Positions 19,583 through 29,838 are shown, counted from the stretch's first letter. The stretch is DNA of 64,000 bases from a virus (IMGVR_UViG_3300011008_000002); one strand, 5' to 3'. Notes: generated from the letters alone by a model not told the origin. Made by a program: numbers and translations.

Positions 19583-20117
19583 AATCAGCTATCTCCATAT
19601 CTTTCCGTTCCAATATAGCCTTCGTGTACTTATTTGCGTCCATAATATATTCGACGGTGTTACTGATAAGAGCAGCGAACCCTTCAGATAATTCTCCGAA
19701 TTCTGCTGTGACCGCATTTATATAATCTTCTTTGGTGATATTACTTTTCTCACCGAGTTTAATCCCTCGTTCTTCTTCAAGTCGTGACATTTTGTCACAG
19801 ATATATTCAAAGAGTTGAACAAGGTTCATTCCCAAAAGACCATTGCTATAGTACCTAAAGCAATAGTCATTCAAGTTCTCATGCACCCTTGATAAAAGTT
19901 CCTTATGATATTCCTGTTGGTCGCCTTCGCGTGCCTTAATGAACAAATCAACCTCAGTTTCTGAAGTATAACTATTGTCATGTCTGCGACCACGCATTAT
20001 CAAATCACTAGCAACAATGGCAAGTTTTGAAGAAACTCTGCTTCTGTGATCCATCAACCACTTAATTACCTTACCGCGTTGAGCAAACTGCTTGTTTATT
20101 TCATCTTTGTTAGCCAT
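19560..20117 (-). CDS. DUF5662-like (HD-related) protein, degenerate
   Basis: RHDNS...H...MNLVQLFEYICD pattern; start revised to ATG 20117 behind AAAGGGGG. Confidence 0.5.
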   Translation of the reverse strand: MANKDEINKQFAQRGKVIKWLMDHRSRVSSKLAIVASDLIMRGRRHDNSYTSETEVDLFIKAREGDQQEYHKELLSRVHENLNDYCFRYYSNGLLGMNLVQLFEYICDKMSRLEEERGIKLGEKSNITKEDYINAVTAEFGELSEGFAALISNTVEYIMDANKYTKAILERKDMEIADYVKTKEG

Positions 20118-20139
20118 TTTTAAGCCCCCTTTATTTAGT

Positions 20140-20592
20140 TTACAAGTCTGATGGATATGCAGCATTGTGGTTCTCCGTCAAATCATCATTCTCGATTGTC
20201 ATAATTTCGTCAACAGCAGAAAGTATATTAGACGTAAATACCTTCACTTTTTTATTTGTGAAATTTGCTATTGACTTACAGTTATTGATGTATAAAATCC
20301 AAGACCAAAGTTCTGGAGTATTATAAAGGTCAGACGATAATAACTTCGGTCTTTGATTATATCTACGCATTTCTTCCTCAGTAAGTTCTTTTTCATAGAT
20401 ATACTGATTTAGAATATTACGATATTTGGCAATTAACGAATAATGAGGCATTACAATATGCCTATCTTCGTCTCCTGTCAAATCCGTAAATCTAGCCTTA
20501 TATTGCATATTCCCGTGGGATGTCTCAATAGTTTTACCTATTTCAACTTCTCTAGGTATAGAATATGCCATGCTTGGATCTTTTACAGACAT
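20140..20592 (-). CDS. baseplate wedge-like protein (T4 gp53/LysM-like)
   Basis: RPKLLSSDLYNTPELWSWILYINN motif. Confidence 0.6.
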   Translation of the reverse strand: MSVKDPSMAYSIPREVEIGKTIETSHGNMQYKARFTDLTGDEDRHIVMPHYSLIAKYRNILNQYIYEKELTEEEMRRYNQRPKLLSSDLYNTPELWSWILYINNCKSIANFTNKKVKVFTSNILSAVDEIMTIENDDLTENHNAAYPSDL

Positions 20593-20596
20593 CTCA

Positions 20597-21001
20597 TCAC
20601 ACCTTTCCTATGAATTTTATTTCAGATGCATCGCTATATAAAACTTCAGCGATGAACTGATTACCCTTCTTTATAGTTAATTTCCCATTAACTAAGGTAG
20701 CCTTATCTGTAAAGTTCGGTCTCTCATTGGGATAATGCCCAATCGTAATATATCCCTGTTCCATTACAGTTGTAGGAAGAGAAACTTTACAATCAGAAGC
20801 ATTTGCCTGCAACGAATTAATACTGATAGGATATGGTTTCTTCCACAATCCCTTTGTAACATTCGGCATATATTTTGGGATATATGCCTTAATCTCCGTG
20901 GGAAATGGAATAATCGGTTCTACGTTTTCAAAATATTCGTAATTATCAACATTATATCCATTTACATTAGCAGTCTTTGCATTTTCACCAGTTGATGCCA
21001 T
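20597..21001 (-). CDS. hypothetical, probable virion protein
   Basis: 134 aa, CACA-N6-TA at 21030-21041, co-transcribed with the gp53-like gene. Confidence 0.7.
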   Translation of the reverse strand: MASTGENAKTANVNGYNVDNYEYFENVEPIIPFPTEIKAYIPKYMPNVTKGLWKKPYPISINSLQANASDCKVSLPTTVMEQGYITIGHYPNERPNFTDKATLVNGKLTIKKGNQFIAEVLYSDASEIKFIGKV

Positions 21002-21105
21002 ATAATAACTCCTTTCTTTTCAAATCATTTACTTCGATGTGAAAGTATTAATAAGATAGTAGAACTATAGGAGCGCATATACAAGAAACTAATGATATAG
21101 GAGGG

Positions 21106-22320
21106 ATGAATATGGCTTTTACATTAAATACGATGCAAGCAATTGCATCAGAGAAATTTAGACATTGGTACAAACATCCCGAAGATAGAGAACGACCTTG
21201 GTTTGAGATATCGGGACCAGCAGGTTCTGGAAAAACCACGGTCGTTAAACATATCATACAAGAATTGGGATTAAGTGACTCAGAAGTTGTATTTATGGCA
21301 TTCGTGGGGAAAGCAGCACTGGCTCTGCGATTGTCTGGGGTAAATGGCAGAACTATTCATAGTGTCATTTACCAAATCTCAAAGAAGTATAAGCGAGATG
21401 AAAACGATAAGATAGTATATTTACATGGTAAACCAGTACTTGAAACAAAGTTCGAAAAGCTAGAAGCATTACCTTTAGGTATTAAGTTACTGGTGGTTGA
21501 TGAGGGTGGTATGGTTGATTCTAATATAGGCAGCGATATACTATCATTTAGAATACCAACCCTTGTCCTTGGTGATTTACATCAATTACCACCTGTATTT
21601 GGAACAAGTCTATTCTTACAGAAACCTGATGTGATACTAAATGAGATAATGAGACAGCATAAAGATAGTGCTATTATATATTTATCTCAACTTGCAATGC
21701 ATGGGGTTCCTATTCCATATGGTAAATACAACAATGGTGAATGTAGAGTTATGAGGAGAGAGAATTTAACAGATGACATGCTCCGAGAATTTGACCTCAT
21801 CATATGTAATACTAACCGTACTAGAGACACAATAAACTGGTATATTAGAAAGAATATATATGGAATTGACTCAAATTCTATTGTCATAGGGGATAAATTG
21901 ATATGTCGTCAAAACTGTTGGGATATATTACTAGACGACCCATCAATAGATATTGATATTGCTTTGGTGAACGGTATGATAGGAAACGTAACAAGTATCA
22001 ACCGTAATACAAAAAATGGTTCCGGAAAACTTATGATAGATTTCAAACCAGAATTTTCAAATGTATGCTTTGAGGATGTACCTGTTAATCCATCATATAT
22101 ACTTAGCGAATATGAATATCGCAAAGCTACAAACCCAAGATTTTCACCAGATGTTACATTTGAACTTGGTTATTGTTCAACTTGTCATTTGGCTCAAGGT
22201 TCACAATATCCAAATATCCTAGTATACATTGATTCTGCATTAGGGGATTCTGATTATTCTAGGAAATGGTTATATACTGCTATTACAAGGGCACAAAAAT
22301 CTCTCACAATAGCGGCATAA
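21106..22320 (+). CDS. SF1 helicase, RecD/Dda-like
   Basis: GPAGSGKT, DEGGM, GDLHQLPPV, IMRQ, HLAQGSQY, YTAITRA. Confidence 0.92.
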   Translation: MNMAFTLNTMQAIASEKFRHWYKHPEDRERPWFEISGPAGSGKTTVVKHIIQELGLSDSEVVFMAFVGKAALALRLSGVNGRTIHSVIYQISKKYKRDENDKIVYLHGKPVLETKFEKLEALPLGIKLLVVDEGGMVDSNIGSDILSFRIPTLVLGDLHQLPPVFGTSLFLQKPDVILNEIMRQHKDSAIIYLSQLAMHGVPIPYGKYNNGECRVMRRENLTDDMLREFDLIICNTNRTRDTINWYIRKNIYGIDSNSIVIGDKLICRQNCWDILLDDPSIDIDIALVNGMIGNVTSINRNTKNGSGKLMIDFKPEFSNVCFEDVPVNPSYILSEYEYRKATNPRFSPDVTFELGYCSTCHLAQGSQYPNILVYIDSALGDSDYSRKWLYTAITRAQKSLTIAA

Positions 22321-22339
22321 AATGGAACAACAATTAAGT

Positions 22340-22440
22340 AATGATATTGGTTCCATTAGGGACGCCCCTTTTGAAAGATTTTCGGTAAAGTTCCGAAAAT
22401 GTCAGAGTGGTGTTCAAATACCACTCTGACATTTCTTCTT
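22340..22440 (+). ncRNA. candidate small RNA A (anti-RBS-like)
   Basis: AACA-N6-TA at 22329-22340, no SD-led ORF, ends in a long hairpin (AAATGTCAGAGTGGT/ACCACTCTGACATTT) plus T-rich tail. Confidence 0.45.
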
Positions 22441-22474
22441 GTATTACTTTTTATCATAAGTATAACAAAAAATA

Positions 22475-22680
22475 ATCTAGGAAGTCAGACCTATGGCTCA
22501 GTTTAACTCCCCAGTTCGACCGCATTCGGCTATGCTAACGCATTGAGCCAAACATTAACGCGAGCTCTCTCATAACGCTGAAAGAAGCTCATACGATCGT
22601 CGGCACTTGTTTCAGGTGCCGAAACCTACCTCGTAATCACTGGCTTTGAGACAGCTCTTGGGTGGTTACGAGGTGTTTGT
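22475..22680. ncRNA. candidate multi-stem structured RNA E
   Basis: GC-rich, non-coding; stems TGGCTCA/TGAGCCA, GAGCT/AGCTC, TCGGCACTTG/CAGGTGCCGA, ACCTCGTAATCAC/GTGGTTACGAGGT. Confidence 0.55.
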
Positions 22681-22714
22681 GCTGTAGTAGCCACTTATAT
22701 TATTTATAAAAGAT

Positions 22715-23031
22715 TCAATATTCCTATACAAAAAAGTAATGGTAGGTTCAACTGATAGTGGTCAGTATTCCCTCCCAAAACACATCGTCAGCTAATTAGC
22801 CGTAAATAACACGAGGTATGTACTTGATTTGCTGTGAGTATGGTACGCCCACAGCCCATGTGGAGTTTTTCAGGTCAGCCTTATCAAAGAACTGTTTCCT
22901 GAGAGACTTCAACTTGTCTGGTAACTGCTGAGCAGTTGGGATATTCTCCTAAACCTGCTCAGCAGTTCTCATATCGAGTTCCATATCTAATTATTTAATA
23001 TAGTTGCAAAAAGTCTATGAACCTGAAATTT
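22715..23031 (-). repeat. MELD element copy 2 (peptide ORF 22796-22984 with TAG in a hairpin loop)
   Basis: Homologous to 8965-9345; in-frame TAG at 22949-22951 inside a 13-bp inverted repeat. Confidence 0.8.
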
Positions 23032-23087
23032 ATTATATATGGTAAAAAGATTGATAGGATACGTTTAGTTTCCTATCAATCTTCTCT

Positions 23088-24719
23088 TTAATGCACTGGT
23101 TCCAAATCAAATATATCATCTGTAACCAAATCTTTATCCATCAAAGGATTTTTGTGAGACGACCGTCCTCTAGTGTTAAATAACATATCTGCACTAACCC
23201 CTTCCATATTCGTATCAAGACTAATGATACCCAATGGTTTCGATAATAATACATCGTTAATCATAGAGAATTCATTGTCTTTATGGAACGGTTGATTGAA
23301 ATAAGTTAATTTAGTGGATGGTCTATAACGTTCCTTCAATCTACTAAACGACAAATACAACTGACCAGTATCTTTCTTTCGTTCAAGATTTAGACCAATC
23401 GACATATCAGGGTTTTCCATAACTTCATATGCAGAACCTACATTTTCACCACCAATGAATCTAGCTAAATCAGCTTTTCCATCTCTTGCGGCTGCGTTCA
23501 ATGTAGCTAATGCATTTCTGTTATATTGGTGAGCTGATACTACCGATATTTGATAGTCAATCGCAATCTGTCGTATTTCATTCGTCACATTTTTGAGCAT
23601 CTCTTTTTCATCTCTTGCTCTTTGATGTGGAAGGATACGTTTTATGTAGTCGAAACTAACCATAATTACTTCTTTTCCTGACATAGCAAGCTCATCAATA
23701 ATATCACGAATATCCTCTGTAGTGATACTCATATTCGCACGATACATGAATATGATACCAATTTCATCATTACAAATGATTTTCTTCTCTTTGAGTTTCT
23801 TTACTATATCAGCAGGACTGTTCTTTTCGACATCCGTATTTTCCACTTCCATATTCCAAACACGAGCAAAAGACTCATCTATGGTATTCTCCATAGTAAG
23901 ATATAATACATAAGGTTTCATACCTTCATGTTTCGGTTTGAATGTTTTAGCATTAAACTTCGCACAATCGAGTACCACCTTTAATAACATAGCTGATTTG
24001 AAACCGCCAGTTACACCTAAGAACATATATAATTTTCCAGGTCGGAATCCTGGAGAAAGCATTTCATTTAACATTTGCACGCCGGTGATTATGATAGAAG
24101 ATTGATCTCCTAATCGTTCTGTTATTTCACCTACACGTTCTACAATGTTTGGATCGTTAAAATCAAGCATTCCACTATTCCAAATAGTAGAGATTTGTCT
24201 TTGGGCGGTCATATAATCACGTATCCAAAGTTTGACATCATCATTAATGTCTCTATATGATGAAAAATCCCCGCTCTCAACTGTTTCTATAACTTCCTTT
24301 ATACGAGGAATTTGGTTAATAAGCGACCCATATGTCAGCCTATCCTCAATAAAGTTTGTAACAAAGTCAATTTCTTTGTAGTTAAGGGCTTTATATCTGT
24401 CCAAATTCTTTAGAATTTCCTCAACTTGTTCACTCGGATTATCTGGTGTACAATAACTGAGGACAATTCCTTCGTCTTCGTATCTTTTATCGAGCTTTGC
24501 GTCGAGTGCTTTTAAGATAAATCGCACTCGTTCCATAATGACCATTCTGTTCTTGTAGTTCTCATAATCACATTGCAAAAGTAACTTTTGTACATTGCGT
24601 AAATTCAAGTTCGTAATATTCTTACTCTTCTTGAATATATACCCAATGATTTTATTTAACATCGTAACGTCCCACCGGATGTTACGAAGCGGTTCTTTAA
24701 CCATTTCTGTATCACCCAC
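23088..24719 (-). CDS. DnaB-like replicative helicase
   Basis: GVTGGFKS Walker A, YLTMEN, FDYI, SAHQYNR, KERY. Confidence 0.88.
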   Translation of the reverse strand: MGDTEMVKEPLRNIRWDVTMLNKIIGYIFKKSKNITNLNLRNVQKLLLQCDYENYKNRMVIMERVRFILKALDAKLDKRYEDEGIVLSYCTPDNPSEQVEEILKNLDRYKALNYKEIDFVTNFIEDRLTYGSLINQIPRIKEVIETVESGDFSSYRDINDDVKLWIRDYMTAQRQISTIWNSGMLDFNDPNIVERVGEITERLGDQSSIIITGVQMLNEMLSPGFRPGKLYMFLGVTGGFKSAMLLKVVLDCAKFNAKTFKPKHEGMKPYVLYLTMENTIDESFARVWNMEVENTDVEKNSPADIVKKLKEKKIICNDEIGIIFMYRANMSITTEDIRDIIDELAMSGKEVIMVSFDYIKRILPHQRARDEKEMLKNVTNEIRQIAIDYQISVVSAHQYNRNALATLNAAARDGKADLARFIGGENVGSAYEVMENPDMSIGLNLERKKDTGQLYLSFSRLKERYRPSTKLTYFNQPFHKDNEFSMINDVLLSKPLGIISLDTNMEGVSADMLFNTRGRSSHKNPLMDKDLVTDDIFDLEPVH

Positions 24720-24723
24720 GGGT

Positions 24724-25917
24724 TTATTCCTCCCTATTACCTATTTTCGTATCTTTAGGTTTAATAATTGATAAAATGTTCTCTAAAGAGATGTTAGCAC
24801 CTGCTTTCTTTTTGATAAAAGACGCTATACGCGCTTCGTCACGCATACTCTTATCATATAAATACGGACGTTCTTCTAAAGAGTTTTCTTCCGTGGTTTC
24901 AACATCTGAAATATCATCAGTTTCACTAGAACTAACTATTTTCAATAGGAGTTTTACATCTGGAATTTTTCCAAACGATGCTAATACGAAATCTCTCATA
25001 ACAACGAATTGTTCAAGAGTAGAGTCTATTACAACGATTAGTCTTGTTTTGTCAGCTGTATCTTTTACTTTATCAAGCCTATCATGTAATAGCCTATTTA
25101 AGTCATCAAGCTCATAATTCTTTTTGATGGAAAATGTTACAGTTGGCATTATAGGGGCATATTTGTTTAATAAATATTCCTCAAATGCTATACCAGTGTC
25201 TTTATCGTATTCTGTATAATACATTCCACAGTTTCCATCTTTATCAAACTCCCATCTTGTTACAGGCCCTATAGACTTAAATCTTCTATCAATACCCGCA
25301 GCAATATTATAGTGGAAATGACCAAAATAAGAATAGTTGGCAACTTTGCATAATTCATCTGCCTTAAAGACAGTAGCCGATGAATGTAATTTAGCCATTT
25401 CATTCTCCTTCTTCATATACCACATCAAATCAGTAGGTCCGTGACCAAATATGAAATCATAATGGTCTGATAAATATGATTTATAGTAAGTATCACTGTC
25501 TACCACGTATTCTTCTGGTAGATATAAGATATTAATTCCCTTAAATTCTTCTCGTGATACCTCATGGATAAATTTAATCCTTTCGTGGTCCACAAACTGA
25601 TTACATATAATCTCTAGTGTTTCTAGTTGCATTGCATCATGAGTTCTAGTTCCTTCAATAAATCTGAACTCTGTATTGAACTTCTTAGTGATACCTAATA
25701 GGTCAACCAGGATACGAAAGAATGATTTTACTGTATCTGAAGATAAGTATTCTTTCATATCAAATGTATCACCTGCAACTATGAATAAATCTAAAGACTT
25801 TAGTGACTTTAGCTTTTCTTGTACTATTGATATTAATTCATTTCTAAATCGTTCTGAATCTATCGCTCCCAAATGCCAATCAGCAGAGATTAGCATTGAT
25901 ATAATCTCATGTCTCAT
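24724..25917 (-). CDS. SbcD/Mre11-family metallophosphoesterase nuclease
   Basis: ADWHLG, AGDTFD, GTRTHD, GHG, GHFH motifs. Confidence 0.88.
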   Translation of the reverse strand: MRHEIISMLISADWHLGAIDSERFRNELISIVQEKLKSLKSLDLFIVAGDTFDMKEYLSSDTVKSFFRILVDLLGITKKFNTEFRFIEGTRTHDAMQLETLEIICNQFVDHERIKFIHEVSREEFKGINILYLPEEYVVDSDTYYKSYLSDHYDFIFGHGPTDLMWYMKKENEMAKLHSSATVFKADELCKVANYSYFGHFHYNIAAGIDRRFKSIGPVTRWEFDKDGNCGMYYTEYDKDTGIAFEEYLLNKYAPIMPTVTFSIKKNYELDDLNRLLHDRLDKVKDTADKTRLIVVIDSTLEQFVVMRDFVLASFGKIPDVKLLLKIVSSSETDDISDVETTEENSLEERPYLYDKSMRDEARIASFIKKKAGANISLENILSIIKPKDTKIGNREE

Positions 25918-25937
25918 CTAGTAATATCTCCCTTCCG

Positions 25938-26603
25938 TCAATTCTCGGTACTATTTATTTCCTCCTTTGTATTCATTAAGTAATATATGTCTTTCAAATG
26001 GTTAAAAATTTCAAGTTCCGCCTGACAATCTTTGGTCTTTCTAATAGTAACCATATCAGGGGATAATAACGGTTTTGATAACAGTATAACTCCGATATTC
26101 GTTACAGGTAAATTATAGACTTCTTCCAATAATTGAACGTATCCCATTAGTTGTAACCAATGGCTCAGATAAATGGATTTAGAAGTCTTCAAATCAAATA
26201 TCATTAAGCTATCACTAGCTCTATTATAAGCAAGCATATCAAGAGTTCCACCGTATGTAGACCCTTCCATTGCAAGTTCGTTATTGATAACTTCTATACC
26301 CTCTTTTTCGAAGAATAATTCAATGAAACGAAATTTGAAAATAATCGCTTTATATTCTTCTTTTGAGAGTATGTTATCGGATGTATCAGCGTACATCATT
26401 CCATTTGAAAAATAGGTCTCAAATAACTTGTGGCAATGGGTTCCATACGCCGCTTTTTCATCTAAGTACTTGGTTGCGTTTATACGTTTAAAACCCATAT
26501 GATTAGCCCAACTAACAAGTTCGGGTTTATCAAGTAATTTAACTATTTCAGTACAAGATGGTATCTCTTTTCCATCATGATAGTATTTTCGATGTTCATT
26601 CAT
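25938..26603 (-). CDS. PD-(D/E)xK exonuclease
   Basis: GTHCH..E, GGTLD, DLKT, Q...Y; start revised to ATG 26603 behind AGGAGG; CACA-N6-TA at 26631-26642. Confidence 0.8.
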   Translation of the reverse strand: MNEHRKYYHDGKEIPSCTEIVKLLDKPELVSWANHMGFKRINATKYLDEKAAYGTHCHKLFETYFSNGMMYADTSDNILSKEEYKAIIFKFRFIELFFEKEGIEVINNELAMEGSTYGGTLDMLAYNRASDSLMIFDLKTSKSIYLSHWLQLMGYVQLLEEVYNLPVTNIGVILLSKPLLSPDMVTIRKTKDCQAELEIFNHLKDIYYLMNTKEEINSTEN

Positions 26604-26785
26604 TTTATTTGTCCTCCTAAAAATGACATTTAGGGGTTTGTGGAAAATGCTTTGATAATACAAAAAAATAAGGGAACTGACCCATCTCAGTTCTCTTAAT
26701 ATAAACTAATCTATAACTTCAAACATTAAACGTACTCCACCAAGATTATGTAATTTCCACAAAAGAGTAATCTAAATAAGGAGGT

Positions 26786-28036
26786 GTGAATATGTCACTT
26801 ACAATGTCGAACCCTTCCATTGTACATACATTCGGTAACGTAGCTTGTGTTGCTGTTGATTATATGGAAAGTTTTTTCGGTCCTGATTTCTTTAATAAGA
26901 TTCATGTAAGTACCAAATTATCACATAGGCAGTTAGATGTATTTCGAGCTAAAACTGGTTTCTGGAAGAATAAAAAGCCTATGTTGGTATTAAGACCTAG
27001 AGTTGATTGGGAAGGTAACGGAAATTGGTTTTATGGTTCTACTATGATGACAAGGTTAGCAAATGGTAGAACCCATATGGAATTTGCTGATAGAGTAAAA
27101 CTAATACACGACCCTGAACATAGACTGGATGTTGATTTCATCTGGAATAGATATAAGATTATCTATGACGTGGTTATTGTATTAGAGACTTATAACCAAC
27201 AAGCAAATATCATGCATGACTTAAGAAATCAACTTGGTATTGAAAACTACTACCCGCTTCAAACCATACTAGAGGCTTATATACCAAAGAGTGTGGTTTA
27301 TTCAATAGCCGATTACCTTCATATAGATAGGAATGATACTGCATCAATACTAGAGTATATGAACACAGTATCAGAAGTTCCAATCACTTATAAGCTTCAT
27401 AAGAGTTCCGGCAATACAGAATTCTTTATGATGTATCCTACAAGAATAGAGGTATTCCCATCAGATTTACAACCAGATGATGGTACCACTAAAGGAATGG
27501 TCACTGACACTTATACTATTGGATTATCTTTATCTATGGAATTCAATAGTGTAGGAGTTTGGTACACGTTCCTGTTTGACAGTGATGATACGTTTAGAAA
27601 AGCCCCTATGGATGAAAATCTGATGAATAGCGAAGATAGGGTAATTCTTATGTCATCAATTCCTCTTGGTTATGATTTAGGTCTTGAGAAAGGATGGAAG
27701 ATAATTGAAAGTCCATTCTATTTTGCTACTCCTGACCCAAAGACAGGGATAGATGAAACCGATATCAGTGAAATACTAAATAAGATTTCTATTAGAAACC
27801 TTATAAATCATCATAAGCAAATGAATATTCCACTGGAATATTTCTTACAGTTTAGAGTATTTCGTGGGAATAAAGAATTACCAAGAGGTATTAAGGGTTT
27901 TGATATAGACCTTGAACAAAAGAAACTGTATACATACAATGCATTCAATCAAGATTCTCATAGGTTATTTGTAATCATCAACACTATGGCGATTAACAAC
28001 ATGGCTACTGAGATTTCAAATTTTGATAAAAAATAA
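26786..28036 (+). CDS. hypothetical, probable virion structural protein
   Basis: 416 aa, SD AAGGAGG, CACA-N6-TA at 26758-26769. Confidence 0.75.
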   Translation: MNMSLTMSNPSIVHTFGNVACVAVDYMESFFGPDFFNKIHVSTKLSHRQLDVFRAKTGFWKNKKPMLVLRPRVDWEGNGNWFYGSTMMTRLANGRTHMEFADRVKLIHDPEHRLDVDFIWNRYKIIYDVVIVLETYNQQANIMHDLRNQLGIENYYPLQTILEAYIPKSVVYSIADYLHIDRNDTASILEYMNTVSEVPITYKLHKSSGNTEFFMMYPTRIEVFPSDLQPDDGTTKGMVTDTYTIGLSLSMEFNSVGVWYTFLFDSDDTFRKAPMDENLMNSEDRVILMSSIPLGYDLGLEKGWKIIESPFYFATPDPKTGIDETDISEILNKISIRNLINHHKQMNIPLEYFLQFRVFRGNKELPRGIKGFDIDLEQKKLYTYNAFNQDSHRLFVIINTMAINNMATEISNFDKK

Positions 28037-28065
28037 TTTTCGTTTGTATGTAGTAACATTGATAT

Positions 28066-28320
28066 AATCGTCTGCGAACTAGGGCATCTTCCAATGTATA
28101 AACGGATAAGAAGATGTCTTTAAATCGACGTTTCGCTAGAGATTACGGATGTCAGAAAAGAAGAGATTGCGTTATAATTGAGGATTCGAAATATGACCTC
28201 TATTCGGGTATGCACTCGGGAGAATAGCAAAAAATGAATTGAATTCGTAATCAACAAACCCTAGCGGAATAAATATATAGAAGACTGAGGAGTAGTCATA
28301 ATACTACTCCTCAGTCGTTA
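28066..28320 (+). ncRNA. candidate ~250-nt structured RNA D
   Basis: AACA-N6-TA at 28055-28066; nested stems TTTCGCTAG/CTAGCGGAA and GATTACGGAT/ATTCGTAATC, plus AGGGCATCTT/AAGATGTCTT (G-U on +); terminal hairpin 28283-28316. Confidence 0.55.
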
Positions 28321-28323
28321 CTG

Positions 28324-28746
28324 TCATAGTTTAGTGCAATCAAAAGAACCGTTTGCGGCTATTTGTTCTTCAAGATAACGCTCAGTATGGTTATCATACT
28401 CTTCATCGAATGTAATGAAGAGTTCATCAACTTCTTTTTGTTTCTTTTCTGTATACTCTCGTTCTTTCTTAAGAGCATACAACATTTCCTCTCTAGCTAC
28501 AACTTCCTTCTTTACGTAACCAAGAATTTTTCGAACTTTTGAAAATCTTGTAGCAGCATAATTCGTGCTCATGGTTTCGATATCGGATATATAACGATTA
28601 TAAATTCCGTTATCGTTCATCTTACTACGAAGTAATCTGAGTTCATCGTCATAATGTTCGAGATATTCCTCTTTCTCATACTTCAGTAGCTGATTGATTT
28701 CCTTGACCAACATCCTTCCCTTGATGGTCATCGAGTTGACCCTCAT
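28324..28746 (-). CDS. hypothetical coiled-coil protein
   Basis: Start revised to ATG 28746 behind GGAGG. Confidence 0.65.
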   Translation of the reverse strand: MRVNSMTIKGRMLVKEINQLLKYEKEEYLEHYDDELRLLRSKMNDNGIYNRYISDIETMSTNYAATRFSKVRKILGYVKKEVVAREEMLYALKKEREYTEKKQKEVDELFITFDEEYDNHTERYLEEQIAANGSFDCTKL

Positions 28747-29838
28747 CATTGCCTCCTGATATCTCAGAAATCTCCACGTTTTCTTCAACAATTTCTCTTA
28801 TTCTATCGGAATTAGACCTGCGAAATTCCCTTAACGGTCCTTTCCAATAAGGCTGAATGAATATCTTCTTTCCCGTTTTATACGTTCTCCAATGACCGAC
28901 GACATACCAAGATCCGCATTTTCTAGTATAACTGCGATTCTCATTGTTGCCATATATCACTTCATCGAGTTTTGTTTCAATATCAGCCATAATTATCTTA
29001 TGTCTGACATATTTAACCCTCCTTGGTACTTCAGATTTGTATTTCTGATCTTGTGCAGTTAAGATTTCTCCTTTCTTTAAGTTTGACCGTTTCTCAATTA
29101 TTTCTTTCGTCACTGGATGCAACAACGCAAGTTGTATACTATACCATGTAGATAGTATCGCAATCGTTATAAGTTCGTGGCAAGATCTATCGTATAAGAA
29201 CACTTCGTTATCTATATCAAATCCTTTATTAGCGATTTTTTAAGCTCCATTAACATACTACTCGACATAGCTTTTGGTTGTCTTTCTGGTAAAATAACTG
29301 TATGCGATGGAGATATCCCAAACGCCTCGCTAAAGGCCAACGGAACCGCTATCATCACAGAGGACGACCTATCAACAAACTTCATATTCATTATCAATAG
29401 ACCAATCACCATTCCGATAAAATCGTTAGTGCTTTTTTCTTCCTTAGCATTTGATACAATCTCATGATAATCATCAAACAGCTTGACCCTGTATGACATA
29501 CCACCAACAGTACCATCACTGGCGGTATTTGTGAACTCGCAATCAGGAAGAGGTACACAACCACCGACCACCATATCTGATGGTATGCATTCTTTATCTT
29601 TGGTCTGTTCTATCCAGAACTTCTCAAGATAATCCACAGTTTCATTTGATGCTTCAACATACTCTGGAGCTTTTTCAGAAAAACATTGATTTGCGATATT
29701 TTTTACGTTGTTCGGGAGTTCATCCGAAAACACAATATCGCAATCACTAAAAGTTCTCATTTGGCTTCTAGTAATAAATTCTGGTCTCCAAACTCTATTG
29801 TTTGGATATTTCGAGAACTTCCTCATTTTGTTACTCAT
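28676..29838 (-). pseudogene. gene split by a -1 frameshift at an A6 run; C-terminal VGHWR...QPYWKG domain
   Basis: 29212..29838 has SD and TATATTAAA; 28676..29203 has no good SD; the frames join at CTT AAA AAA (~29236-29244). Confidence 0.55.

Noticed and set aside
22949-22951. Genome-wide TAG reassignment (code 15) as the explanation for the MELD stop
   Set aside because: Long genes read fully in code 11, TAG ends genes at 36975, 42379 and 56618, and loop inversion explains the stop better
25938-26603. Cas4/CRISPR association
   Set aside because: No Fe-S cysteine set, no array or other cas genes; it sits in a replication operon
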